Assembly: GCA_003232725.1 (NCBI GenBank)
Contig: QIJH01000085.1
Location: 1-51,419, forward strand
Direction of reading: 5' to 3'
Length of the DNA: 51,419 nt
DNA from: Chromatiaceae bacterium
Lineage (GTDB): Bacteria > Pseudomonadota > Gammaproteobacteria > SZUA-140
Shown here piece by piece: positions 9,137 through 17,822 of this stretch; the first letter of the stretch is position 1; every line of letters begins with the position of its first letter. The translations under genes were made by a program, and so were the position numbers. A model generated the notes under the pieces. It saw only the letters and a list, made by a program, of their open reading frames with translations. It made no database searches and had not been told where the DNA came from.

Positions 9137-10930
9137 TTAATCATTAATAGAACCACCCGCTAACAACTGCTCAATCTTTTTAAAACCATGTTTTTTTGCA
9201 GCGCCCAGCGCAGTCTCTCCAGTATTGGAAGAGAGACGCCTATCCGCCCCATTTTTTAATAGAATAGCGGCGATATTTGCATGCCCGCCCCTGGAGGCAT
9301 AGATAAGCGCTGTCATTCCACCAATGGATATATCGCGGTGCGAGCTTGGATCAAGCTGTTCAATTGCATTCACATCCGCATCATGTGCTATCAATTGCTC
9401 AACTATACTCTGATAGCCATTTCGCGAAGCGATCATCAGCGGCGTGCGGCCTATATTATCAAATAGGTTAGGAGCCGCCTGATGGGCTAACAATAACGCC
9501 ACTGCATCAACATGCCCCTGTTCAGCAGCCTTAAATAGCGCAGTGATACCCGCCTCATTCTGAATATCAATATCAGCCCCCGCAGCTAACAGAACCTTCA
9601 TCGTTTCAACATGCCCACCATTCGCTGCGGCTATCAACAGCGAAGGTCTTTTCACTTTTTTATGGATACGTGTGATAAAACGATCTATCTTCTTTTTAAC
9701 CACTGCTCGATTCGTATCGGCACCATGCTTCAGCAATAGCATCATCAGCTCAGCATTCCCATTTCTAGCGGAAATTAATGTCGGCGTCTCTTCTTTTCGG
9801 TTAGCAACCGCAATCTTTGCCCCTTTTTCAATCAAGTAACTTGCAATTTCAACATCGCTCTTCTGAATGGCAACAAGCAAGGCCGTATCACTACGTGAAA
9901 TAGTTCTCAATAACTCCCGCTCTTTGAAAGTAACGCTAGAGCTGGCAATCCGCTGTTCTTTTAAGCCCCAAGGCACGAGGTTAACATTAGCTCCATGCTC
10001 AACTAGCGTACGAACTACCTCAATATTGCCAAAATAGACTGCTGACAATAGCGCAGTCACACCAGTATTGCTATCACGGTAATTAACGTTCGTAGATTGG
10101 TTAAGTAATAGCTGAATCTTCACCTGATCATCAATCTTAGCCGCTTTAATCAAAGACGCTTCACTGGAAAGCGCTGCATAATGAGTTTCATCACGGGCAC
10201 CCGCATTTTTCAGCGTATCGACAATCGTGCCATGATTATTCCACTGCGCAATCGTCAATGCAGTATCACCATTAGCCCGCGTTAAATTAGTATTAGCGCC
10301 ATATTTCAGCAGTGTCACCACAACCTGATTCCAGTCATCTGCTATGCCTTTTACCCCATGTTGAGCCGCAAACATCAGCGGCGTTTTACCGCCACCTTCA
10401 TTAAAAGCACCGTTGGTGACCACATTTGCATCCGCCCCTTTTGACAGCAGCAGTTCTATCATCGGCAGATGTCCATACTGAACGGCTCCCACTAACGCCG
10501 TTTCGCCATCGATCTTTTTCAGGTCAATCTTGCCACCGACCTCTAAAAGCAGATTTACGACGTCAAGATTACCGTACATGGAGGCATTCATCAGCGCAGT
10601 TGAGCCATTATTGCTTTGAGCGTTAACGTTAGCACCTCGTTCAATAAGCAGCTTGAGAATCGACTGCTTGTTTTCAGCTGCTGCAACAATCAGCGCCGTA
10701 TTCCCAAGCTCATCTTTAAGCTCAATATCTGCACCGCCATTAAGCAGATTTACAATCACGTTTTCATGACCGAACCGTGCGGCCAGTACAAAATTGTGGC
10801 CATCTAATGTTGCCTGTCCCGCTCCCTCTTCCGCACTAGCATTCATTGGCGCAATAAAAACAGCAAGTGAGATAGCACTACACAACATAATGGAAGCTAC
10901 CGTAAAGGATGGTTTTGCTAACATTTGCAT
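9137..10930 (-). CDS. Secreted ankyrin-repeat protein (about 15 ANK repeats)
   Basis: The 597-aa ORF has a signal peptide (..APMNASA/EE). The consensus G.T(A/P)L..A...G....V..LL..GA..N recurs across the whole protein. Confidence 0.9.
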   Translation of the reverse strand: MQMLAKPSFTVASIMLCSAISLAVFIAPMNASAEEGAGQATLDGHNFVLAARFGHENVIVNLLNGGADIELKDELGNTALIVAAAENKQSILKLLIERGANVNAQSNNGSTALMNASMYGNLDVVNLLLEVGGKIDLKKIDGETALVGAVQYGHLPMIELLLSKGADANVVTNGAFNEGGGKTPLMFAAQHGVKGIADDWNQVVVTLLKYGANTNLTRANGDTALTIAQWNNHGTIVDTLKNAGARDETHYAALSSEASLIKAAKIDDQVKIQLLLNQSTNVNYRDSNTGVTALLSAVYFGNIEVVRTLVEHGANVNLVPWGLKEQRIASSSVTFKERELLRTISRSDTALLVAIQKSDVEIASYLIEKGAKIAVANRKEETPTLISARNGNAELMMLLLKHGADTNRAVVKKKIDRFITRIHKKVKRPSLLIAAANGGHVETMKVLLAAGADIDIQNEAGITALFKAAEQGHVDAVALLLAHQAAPNLFDNIGRTPLMIASRNGYQSIVEQLIAHDADVNAIEQLDPSSHRDISIGGMTALIYASRGGHANIAAILLKNGADRRLSSNTGETALGAAKKHGFKKIEQLLAGGSIND

Positions 10931-11331
10931 CAGCTTCTCCTCGATTTGTTCTTTAATATCAGCATAGCGGAAATGTCATGCCTACTCATAATCGTAACCG
11001 TGCAGCACCAGCGTGAAGCGTCAATTTAACCAAATAATAGACCATTACAGTCAAGATCGACAATAAAAGCAGCCCTCACAACACCTATTCACCATGACAA
11101 AATTGCCCTCATATCGTTATCACAATGATTTTTATAGCGAAAAAATGCCATGCGGCCCGCAAAAAACACTAAAAATATTTAAACAATACAGTTCATAACC
11201 GCTTTACATCTCCATAACAAATGAAAAATAGAGACCTAATGACCCATGATATGCATTAAATATTACTCAGTAATTGACGATAGAAATGAAAGGAATAGGA
11301 TTGTTTAGATATATCAATATGGAGATTTACC

Positions 11332-11901
11332 GTGAAATTAATGATCGTCGATGATGACAAAGATATTCTCATCTATCTTGAAGGCATTGCCAAACGATTT
11401 GGTATTCAATACGAAGCCTTCCTCGACTCATCGCTTGCCTTAGAGCGCTTTTCTGAAGACCCAGCCAAATTCAATGCCGCAGTACTGGACGTCTTTATGC
11501 CAGCACCGGATGGCATCTTACTCGCACAACAGATGCATGAGTTGAACGGAAAAATGCGTTTCTTGTTTATCAGCGGCCTGAGCGATCCAGCCAATGTTAA
11601 CTTCATCATGGAGAAAGGTGATTACTTACATAAGCCGTTCTGGTTTGAAGATGCCGCTAACCGTATCAAAAACCTCATTAGCCTTGCTGAAAAAGCAGAG
11701 GAATACCATGACCAAAAAACACTGAATGAAATCACAGACAAAGCAGTAGCAATGGCCGATATCTGCTCTTGCAAAGAACCTTACTTCCTTGCGGTGCTTG
11801 CTGCCAGCAAACTCAATCTGCCAATCAATGACTACCCCGAAAGCTTCTGGGAGTTAACTGCATCTGAAATTAAGCGGAAAACCCAAAGTGTCAATGCATA
11901 A
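11332..11901 (+). CDS. Orphan response-regulator receiver protein with an uncharacterised C-terminal extension
   Basis: The ORF starts at GTG and shows REC features: MIVDDD, a phosphoacceptor context (AAVLDVFMPAPDG) and ..LHKPF. There is no DNA-binding domain and no adjacent kinase gene. Confidence 0.8.
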   Translation: MKLMIVDDDKDILIYLEGIAKRFGIQYEAFLDSSLALERFSEDPAKFNAAVLDVFMPAPDGILLAQQMHELNGKMRFLFISGLSDPANVNFIMEKGDYLHKPFWFEDAANRIKNLISLAEKAEEYHDQKTLNEITDKAVAMADICSCKEPYFLAVLAASKLNLPINDYPESFWELTASEIKRKTQSVNA

Positions 11902-11988
11902 TTCATCACCAACGTCTGTTTCAGTAAGATTGTATACTTGTCATGATTGACAATGTTTTGCAATGGCAAGCCTGATCCATGATTTCGA

Positions 11989-12385
11989 TTGCTAACTATC
12001 TATCAAAACCGGGTGATTGATCAGATTGGCAGAGCCTGTGAAGCCCGCCATACCAACTTAAGTGATGATGCTACCCAGGAGATCGTCTGTCTGACGCTCA
12101 ATCAACTACCACCACGCTGAGACCTTTGCACGAGAACTGGTTTTCGTTCCAGCAAGACATAAATGACCGAAAAATCGAAGTTTACACGCAGTAAATAACT
12201 GTTTTAAGATCATTTATAACGCAGCTGGAGCGGAAAATAGACTCGTGCAAAGGTCTCACGCTATATTAGACACACTATCGATACTATCTTTATATATTTC
12301 TGATGAAGAGTACGCTTCAATTTATAATGCGGTTGCAGAGACAGTCAACAATGCAATTGAGAAAGTCTTTAACAACCCGCGTTAA
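11989..12385 (+). pseudogene. ComFB-family gene remnant split by MITE-B
   Basis: The left part reads ..IYQNRVIDQIGRACEARHTNLSDDATQEIVCLTLNQLPPR. The 139-bp MITE follows. The right part reads YIRHTIDTIFIY, then a further frameshift, then SDEEYASIYNAVAETVNNAIEKVFNNPR*. LNQLPPRYIRH is the hallmark ComFB motif. Removing the MITE plus one TSD copy restores CCA CCA CGC TAT ATT AGA CAC exactly. The start codon is uncertain (TTG at 11989?). Confidence 0.6.
12119..12257. mobile_element. MITE-B copy 1 (139 bp, 16-bp TIR, 5-bp TSD)
   Basis: The TIRs are gagacctttgcacgag / ctcgtgcaaaggtctc. The element is flanked by the direct repeat ACGCT (12114..12118 and 12258..12262). It matches 39447..39584 closely along its whole length. 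Confidence 0.85.
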
Positions 12386-12394
12386 CCAACTCTC

Positions 12395-13156
12395 TCAATG
12401 GCGTAGTTTGTAACCCTGCTTAAGCAGCTTGATTGCAAATTTCGCCAAGCCTGCAAAGGCCAGCGCAATTAACACCAGGCTTATCCAGGGCGACGTATCA
12501 GAGACGCCAAAAAAACCATACCGGAAGCCATCAACCATATAAAAGAAAGGATTCAGGTGAGATACCATCTGCCAGAAAGCTGGCAAAGAGTGAATCGAAT
12601 AAAAAACACCACTTAAAAATGAAAGCGGCATGATAATAAAGTTTTGAAAACCCGCCAGCTGATCAAACTTCTCCGCCCAGATACCCGCAATAATCCCCAA
12701 TGTCCCGAGCACCGCGCTAGCCAGCAGAGCAAAGACAAAAAGAAAGGCATAGCTATGCACTGGCACTGATACAAAGCAGATCACAATTAAAAACACACCG
12801 ATACCCACTACCAGGCCACGCACCATCGCCGCCAATATGAACGCCATATAAAATTCCACATATGAAAGTGGTGTCAATAGCAAAAATATAATATTACCCG
12901 TCACCTTTGACTGGATCAGGCTAGACGAACTATTCGCAAAGGCATTCTGGATGATCGTCATCATCACCAGACCAGGAATCAGAAAGGAGGTGTAACTCAA
13001 ATCTTCGAAGACCATCACGCGATCTTTGAGCACATGCGAAAAAACCAGAAAGTAAAGCAACGTAGTGATGATCGGTGCAAGGATCGTCTGCAGCGCCACC
13101 TTATAAAAGCGCAATGTCTCTTTATAGAAGAGCGTATAAAAACCGCGATTAATCAT
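12395..13156 (-). CDS. ABC-2 type transporter permease (YadH-like)
   Basis: The 253-aa ORF is a six-TM protein. It overlaps the upstream ATPase gene by 4 nt. Confidence 0.85.
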   Translation of the reverse strand: MINRGFYTLFYKETLRFYKVALQTILAPIITTLLYFLVFSHVLKDRVMVFEDLSYTSFLIPGLVMMTIIQNAFANSSSSLIQSKVTGNIIFLLLTPLSYVEFYMAFILAAMVRGLVVGIGVFLIVICFVSVPVHSYAFLFVFALLASAVLGTLGIIAGIWAEKFDQLAGFQNFIIMPLSFLSGVFYSIHSLPAFWQMVSHLNPFFYMVDGFRYGFFGVSDTSPWISLVLIALAFAGLAKFAIKLLKQGYKLRH

Positions 13157-14091
13157 GACGATGCCTTCTTGCTGGTTAGCTCAATAAAAACATCTTCAAG
13201 GTCAGCACGTTCCGTCTCTAAATCGACTACCTTAATCCCGGCATTGGCAATCGCGGCCAGCACGTCAACAATCACATCTTTGTCTTTATCCAGTTCAAGT
13301 CGCATCTGACAACCATCCAGGTGCTTAATCTTATCCCGAATAGATGGCGCTAGCGCATCAGGCAGTTGTTCAATCGGTTCAGCGGTTTTAATAATCAAAT
13401 GCAACTTGCTGCAAATTTCACTCTGTAACAGAGAGGCCTTAGTATCCAACGCAATCACCTCACCGTGGTTAAGGATCGCAATCCGATCACACAGCTTCTC
13501 AGCCTCTTCCAGGTAGTGAGTCGTCAATACAATGGTGTGTCCTTTTTGATTAAGCTGCTCTACAAAACCCCATAGCAGTTTGCGCAGTTCAACATCAACC
13601 CCTGCCGTCGGCTCATCCAGAATCACCACTTCCGGTTTATGCACCAGTGCCTGCGCAATCAACACGCGTCGTTTCATGCCACCAGAAAGTGCGCGCATAT
13701 TCACGCTGGCCTTATCAGTAAGCGCTAACGCTTCCAGTAGTTCATCAATCCACACATCATTTTCTTTTCCCAGACCAAAATAGCCCGACTGGATCTTCAG
13801 CACCTCACGCACAGAAAAGAAAGCATCAAACACTAGCTCTTGCGGCACCACGCCGAGCGCTTGTCGTGCCTGTCGATAGTCAACCACCACATCATGGCCC
13901 AGCACACTTACCGACCCCGCATCGGCATTTGCCAACCCAGCGATAATATTAATTAACGTTGATTTACCCGCCCCATTTGGCCCTAGCAGGCCAAAAAACT
14001 CGCCGCGATTAATCGTTAGATCAATCCCTTTCAGGGCATCAAGTGAACCATAGGATTTTTTTACATTATTGATTAAGATCGCAGCAGTCAT
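13153..14091 (-). CDS. ABC transporter ATP-binding protein (YadG-like)
   Basis: The ORF has Walker A GPNGAGKST, signature LSGGMKRR and Walker B VVILDEPT. Confidence 0.9.
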   Translation of the reverse strand: MTAAILINNVKKSYGSLDALKGIDLTINRGEFFGLLGPNGAGKSTLINIIAGLANADAGSVSVLGHDVVVDYRQARQALGVVPQELVFDAFFSVREVLKIQSGYFGLGKENDVWIDELLEALALTDKASVNMRALSGGMKRRVLIAQALVHKPEVVILDEPTAGVDVELRKLLWGFVEQLNQKGHTIVLTTHYLEEAEKLCDRIAILNHGEVIALDTKASLLQSEICSKLHLIIKTAEPIEQLPDALAPSIRDKIKHLDGCQMRLELDKDKDVIVDVLAAIANAGIKVVDLETERADLEDVFIELTSKKASS

Positions 14092-14438
14092 CGGCTTAGC
14101 TATTACAACTAGTATAAAACACCGTATTCTACACTAATAAAAGCCACCGCTGGGATCTACCCTCGTTAGCGCTTTACACCGTTAATCCCACCATTTTTCA
14201 GGAAATTAAGTGGGTGACAAAATGAACCTTCACCGATTTAATCCTGCATCAAGAGAACTCTGAAACAATGATGTGTGTTTAGGGGAATAGCTGCTAGCAC
14301 TTAGCCGCACAAGCCACGGCAGTAATAGAAGCGTACAATTGAGCAAGCAAGAAAACAACCACCTAAGGCTTGAAAAACCTGTCAAGTCGTTTTTGTCATG
14401 AGGGCGCGGGGAATCGTTACCTTACATAAACTAATAAT

Positions 14439-15422
14439 TTATGCTCGGGATGCCGCTAAAAATGGATCCGCATGGATATCCTTTAATGCAGCTCCCATCA
14501 AAAAAGCCTTACGTTTCGTGTTATTGACCATGTCAGGGTGCCCACAGAGAAAAACCTGCCACTTGGATAATACTGGCTGCTTCGAAAACGCGACATCATT
14601 TGGAAACCCTAAAGAGAAGCCATCCGGCAAATCACTCCCATCACCCGTTGAAACACACGGATAATAAGTGAAATTATCATGCGCCCCTTCGAGTTCGCGC
14701 AACTCATCAACGTAATAAAGTAACTCTGGAGTCACTCCCCCATGACAAAGAATAATTGTTTTGTCACAATCATGAGTCAGCGCATCACGAACAATTCCCC
14801 ATAGAGGAGCAAGTCCTGAGCCCGTACCCACTGCTAACAACCCTTCTTCATTTTCGGTTTCATGATAGAAGCATTCACCCAGCGGCCCTGCTACCGATAA
14901 TGGGTCACCAACCTGAACATCATCACACAGCCAGTTACTCACTACCCCCATCGGCACACGCTTAATATGAAGCTCAAGCATACTTTCGCTATCAGGCAAT
15001 GAAGCCAATGAATAACTTCTAATTAAGTCATCTTTAAAAAGATTAATAAACTGCCCGGCATGATATTTAAAAGACTCATCACAAGAGAGTCTTAATCGTA
15101 ATATCTCATCATTTAAAAACGACTTCTCAACAACCGTCAGTTGCTGCTTTTGTTGATGTGCATCATCAAGCGCCACCACCTCAAGATCACCTTCAGGCTT
15201 ACAGACGCAGGGCTTAAAATAACCGAGTACTTTTTGTGTCTCTTTGAGATCTTCCTGAGCGCTCGACGGGATAACACCTTTCGTTGCCTGCATCGTGCAA
15301 GACTGACAAGCACCACTTTCACATGAATACGGCGCGCGTACATCGTTTCTCAACAGACAGCGTAACACCGTTTCATCGTCTCGCCGCTCATACGAGCGGC
15401 CCTGGTAGACGATTTTTGTCAT
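14439..15422 (-). CDS. 2Fe-2S ferredoxin-fused FAD/NAD(P)H oxidoreductase (FNR-family reductase)
   Basis: The N-terminus has a plant-type ferredoxin Cys pattern (CESGACQSCT..PCVC). It also has the FAD motif RSYSLAS and the NAD(P) motif GTGSGLAPL. It lies 24 nt downstream of the globin gene on the same strand. Confidence 0.85.
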   Translation of the reverse strand: MTKIVYQGRSYERRDDETVLRCLLRNDVRAPYSCESGACQSCTMQATKGVIPSSAQEDLKETQKVLGYFKPCVCKPEGDLEVVALDDAHQQKQQLTVVEKSFLNDEILRLRLSCDESFKYHAGQFINLFKDDLIRSYSLASLPDSESMLELHIKRVPMGVVSNWLCDDVQVGDPLSVAGPLGECFYHETENEEGLLAVGTGSGLAPLWGIVRDALTHDCDKTIILCHGGVTPELLYYVDELRELEGAHDNFTYYPCVSTGDGSDLPDGFSLGFPNDVAFSKQPVLSKWQVFLCGHPDMVNNTKRKAFLMGAALKDIHADPFLAASRA

Positions 15423-15446
15423 AATTAGTCTATTAATCTAATTCAA

Positions 15447-15815
15447 CTACTTGCCCAGCACATCATTGCGAGTGCTTTCCGCAATCGCCGCAGCCTCACC
15501 AATCAAATCATCGGGCACACCTAGCTCTTTCAATGTAGCCCCGAGATGTTCCATCACAGCATCAAAATGAGCATCATTTAGCCCTTTCTCAACCAGATGA
15601 GCATGCCCTTTTCGCATATCTTCACCCGTGTAATTATTGGGACCACCTAGCGCCATAGTCAAGAAAGCTTTCTGCTTAGCCGCCTGCCTTTCCATGTCGG
15701 TGCCATCAAAAAAACCATTAATTCGATCATCAGCCAGCACTTTACGGTAAAAGAGATCAACCGCCGCATTGACTGCCACATCACCACCAATTTTTTCATA
15801 AACACTTTGACTCAT
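15447..15815 (-). CDS. glbN: Group I truncated haemoglobin (trHbN)
   Basis: The 122-aa ORF reads ..YEKIGG..AV..AVDLFYRKVLADDRINGFF.. and ..QKAFLTMALGGPNNYTGEDMRKGHAHL... These are the 2-on-2 globin hallmarks, including the proximal His. Confidence 0.9.
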   Translation of the reverse strand: MSQSVYEKIGGDVAVNAAVDLFYRKVLADDRINGFFDGTDMERQAAKQKAFLTMALGGPNNYTGEDMRKGHAHLVEKGLNDAHFDAVMEHLGATLKELGVPDDLIGEAAAIAESTRNDVLGK

Positions 15816-15897
15816 AACACTGATCCTCCAAGTAACCTATACAGATAAATTATGCCCGAAGCAAAAAGATGCATCCTGAACTCCACTACTGAAATGT

Positions 15898-15918
15898 AGT
15901 TGTATCATAGATACAACT
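15898..15918. promoter_or_regulatory. Perfect 9-3-9 palindrome upstream of the globin-reductase operon (candidate operator)
   Basis: The palindrome AGTTGTATC-ATA-GATACAACT lies about 85-100 nt upstream of the glbN ATG. An AAGATGCAT element at about 15866..15874 lies between it and the start codon. Confidence 0.4.
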
Positions 15919-15981
15919 TATAATCAAACGCAAAATTGCGACCATTCCACCGCCATGCATAAAACGATACCTAGCTGTGTA

Positions 15982-16821
15982 TTAGCAGTTCAGCGGCATC
16001 TTCCCGGTACTCATAAAATCATCACAATTAAGACCTAATTCAATCAAAATATGACGATTATATTGGGCCCAACGCTCAACTTTACCCTCGTCTGAGCAAA
16101 GGGAAACAGAGGTATCAGCAAGCATTGAAATAAAATCAGAAAGCACCAGTGTTGATGTCAAAGTACGTGCCGCATCATCACTGATATGCTCAAGAGAGGT
16201 CTCATGATGATGTCAAATCGCAAGTGCTACCACACCAGGCAATTGCCAGTTTTTTGCAACCATATAACCCACCACCGCATGATTAGTGCTGTAACGCGCC
16301 TCTTCCATCGCAATCATATCCTTGCCACCACCTAAACAGGGAAAAGCAATGTCCTCATAATCAGGAAATCGGTTCAACATTAAAGGCACGGCGCAATCAT
16401 GAAAAAGCCCGACCATATAAGCCAGATCAACTGAAATCATTCTACTTCTGAGTGCGATCATTTCGCACAGCTGCGCCATCAACAACGTATGCTCCCAAAA
16501 TCGTTCATTCAACTCACCATCAACCTTGATCACCTCACGCATTGCAGATGAAAGCACTATATTATTAAAATTATTCAAACCAAGCAGAGAGAGCGCCTGA
16601 GAGATTGACGCCACAGGACAAGACAGGCCATAAAACGGTGAATTAATCAGCTTAATGACCTTTGCTGACAGTGCGACATCTTTGGCAACAATCGCTGATA
16701 TTTGAGAGAAATCTGGTTCACCACTTGCCATCGCTAGCTGCAAGTCTATCACTACCTGTGGCTGAGCAGGAATTGAAATGGTAGCAATCAATTTTTCAGC
16801 CTCCAATACAGCTGTGTTCAT
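15982..16821 (-). pseudogene. HDOD domain protein interrupted by a single in-frame TGA
   Basis: ORF 16213..16821 ends ..NWQLPGVVALAI at the TGA at 16213..16215. The same frame then stays open for 76 more codons (HHHETSLEHISDDAARTL..) to a TAA at 15982..15984. The stop falls inside the conserved HDOD AI-x-HHE motif. The restored length of about 279 aa is normal for HDOD proteins. Confidence 0.75.
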
Positions 16822-16921
16822 TGCAACTCCCGATACAGTTGTAGCTTCATAAGTTTACGTATATCGTATTATATCGCGCATTATTTACATCTATTGCAAA
16901 TAATGGTTTCTTAAAAAAGGT

Positions 16922-16948
16922 AAAAAAAAGAGCGCCGATTTGGCGCTC
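16922..16948 (-). terminator. Rho-independent terminator (minus orientation)
   Basis: On the minus strand the sequence reads GAGCGCC-AAATC-GGCGCUC followed by eight U. No annotated minus-strand gene ends upstream of it. Confidence 0.6.
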
Positions 16949-17112
16949 AAATATCGAGGGAGAGGGAAAAGTAAAAAAGCGGGGGGGCTTTTTCACATCC
17001 TCAATTATCATAAAGCACAAAACATGCCATAACAATAATCTCAGTAAAAAACATTAGCTTATAAAAACCCACCCATCATTAACGCCAAAAAATAGATACC
17101 AATACATTCAAA

Positions 17113-17140
17113 ATCATAAATTTTTGAGCATCTGCGTCAA
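17113..17140 (-). promoter_or_regulatory. Putative strong sigma70 promoter (minus strand)
   Basis: There is a -35 TTGACG (17140..17135), a 16-nt spacer and a -10 TATGAT (17118..17113). It is oriented toward the terminator at 16922..16948 and the HDOD gene. Confidence 0.45.
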
Positions 17141-17204
17141 ATTTCCCTCTTCAATCATCAATAAATGACGATAAAGCCTATGCATCAATTGACCTGGGGC
17201 TTCG

Positions 17205-17729
17205 ATGAAAATATTCCTGAAATTACTAATGGCACTGGTTGTATTAGCGGTTATCGCGCCGTTCTACCTGAAAAATCAACAAGGCGCACCGCTAATGTCG
17301 TTCAATGACATTAAGATGCCTAACCTGAGCATGCCGGCTATTCCAGACAGCGTGAAATCTGCCGTCTCAGAAATATCGAGCAAGATCCCATCATCCGACA
17401 TGATTGATGGTACGCCGGAAAAAGCTCAGATTAAGGTTCACAAATGGCGGGGCAAAGATGGCGTGTGGCATTTCTCTAATATTGATGAATCACACACGGG
17501 AAGCAACAGCACGGTGATCTTGCTCGACCCAGGAAAAGACACCTTCACACCAACCCCAGTCAAACAACCTCAACGAGAGGCCACCAGCATGAAAACCAGC
17601 GGCATCGAAAATGTCACGCCCAATATACTGCTCCCGCTCATTCACGGAAAGGCGGCCATGAATCAGGCAAAACAGGTAAAGGAACTACTCGAACAGCGCA
17701 GCCAGATGCAGCAGCAGATGATGCCCTAA
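17205..17729 (+). CDS. DUF4124-like exported protein
   Basis: The ORF has an N-terminal TM/signal segment and the motif VHKWRGKDGVWHFSN, typical of DUF4124. The C-terminus is Q-rich. Confidence 0.6.
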   Translation: MKIFLKLLMALVVLAVIAPFYLKNQQGAPLMSFNDIKMPNLSMPAIPDSVKSAVSEISSKIPSSDMIDGTPEKAQIKVHKWRGKDGVWHFSNIDESHTGSNSTVILLDPGKDTFTPTPVKQPQREATSMKTSGIENVTPNILLPLIHGKAAMNQAKQVKELLEQRSQMQQQMMP

Positions 17730-17822
17730 TAGCGCAACGCTTGCATAACCCGAGGATAATTTGCTCTAATCAAGGATCATTAATACAGTCTCCTGGCCGA
17801 AGAATACAAACTCTCTTGCGTT

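Noticed and set aside
16213-16215. The in-frame TGA in the HDOD gene read as selenocysteine or as a reassigned Trp codon.
   Set aside because: I saw no SECIS-like hairpin immediately downstream. HDOD proteins are not selenoproteins. Several other genes in the window clearly terminate at TGA or use TGG for Trp. A nonsense mutation or a sequencing error is more parsimonious.
16975-16995. The hairpin AAAAGC-GGGGG-GCTTTT with a G7 run, considered as a plus-strand terminator or a phase-variable tract.
   Set aside because: The stem is only 6 bp and A/U-rich. No plus-strand gene ends upstream of it. The homopolymer is intergenic, so a phase-variation role is unsupported.
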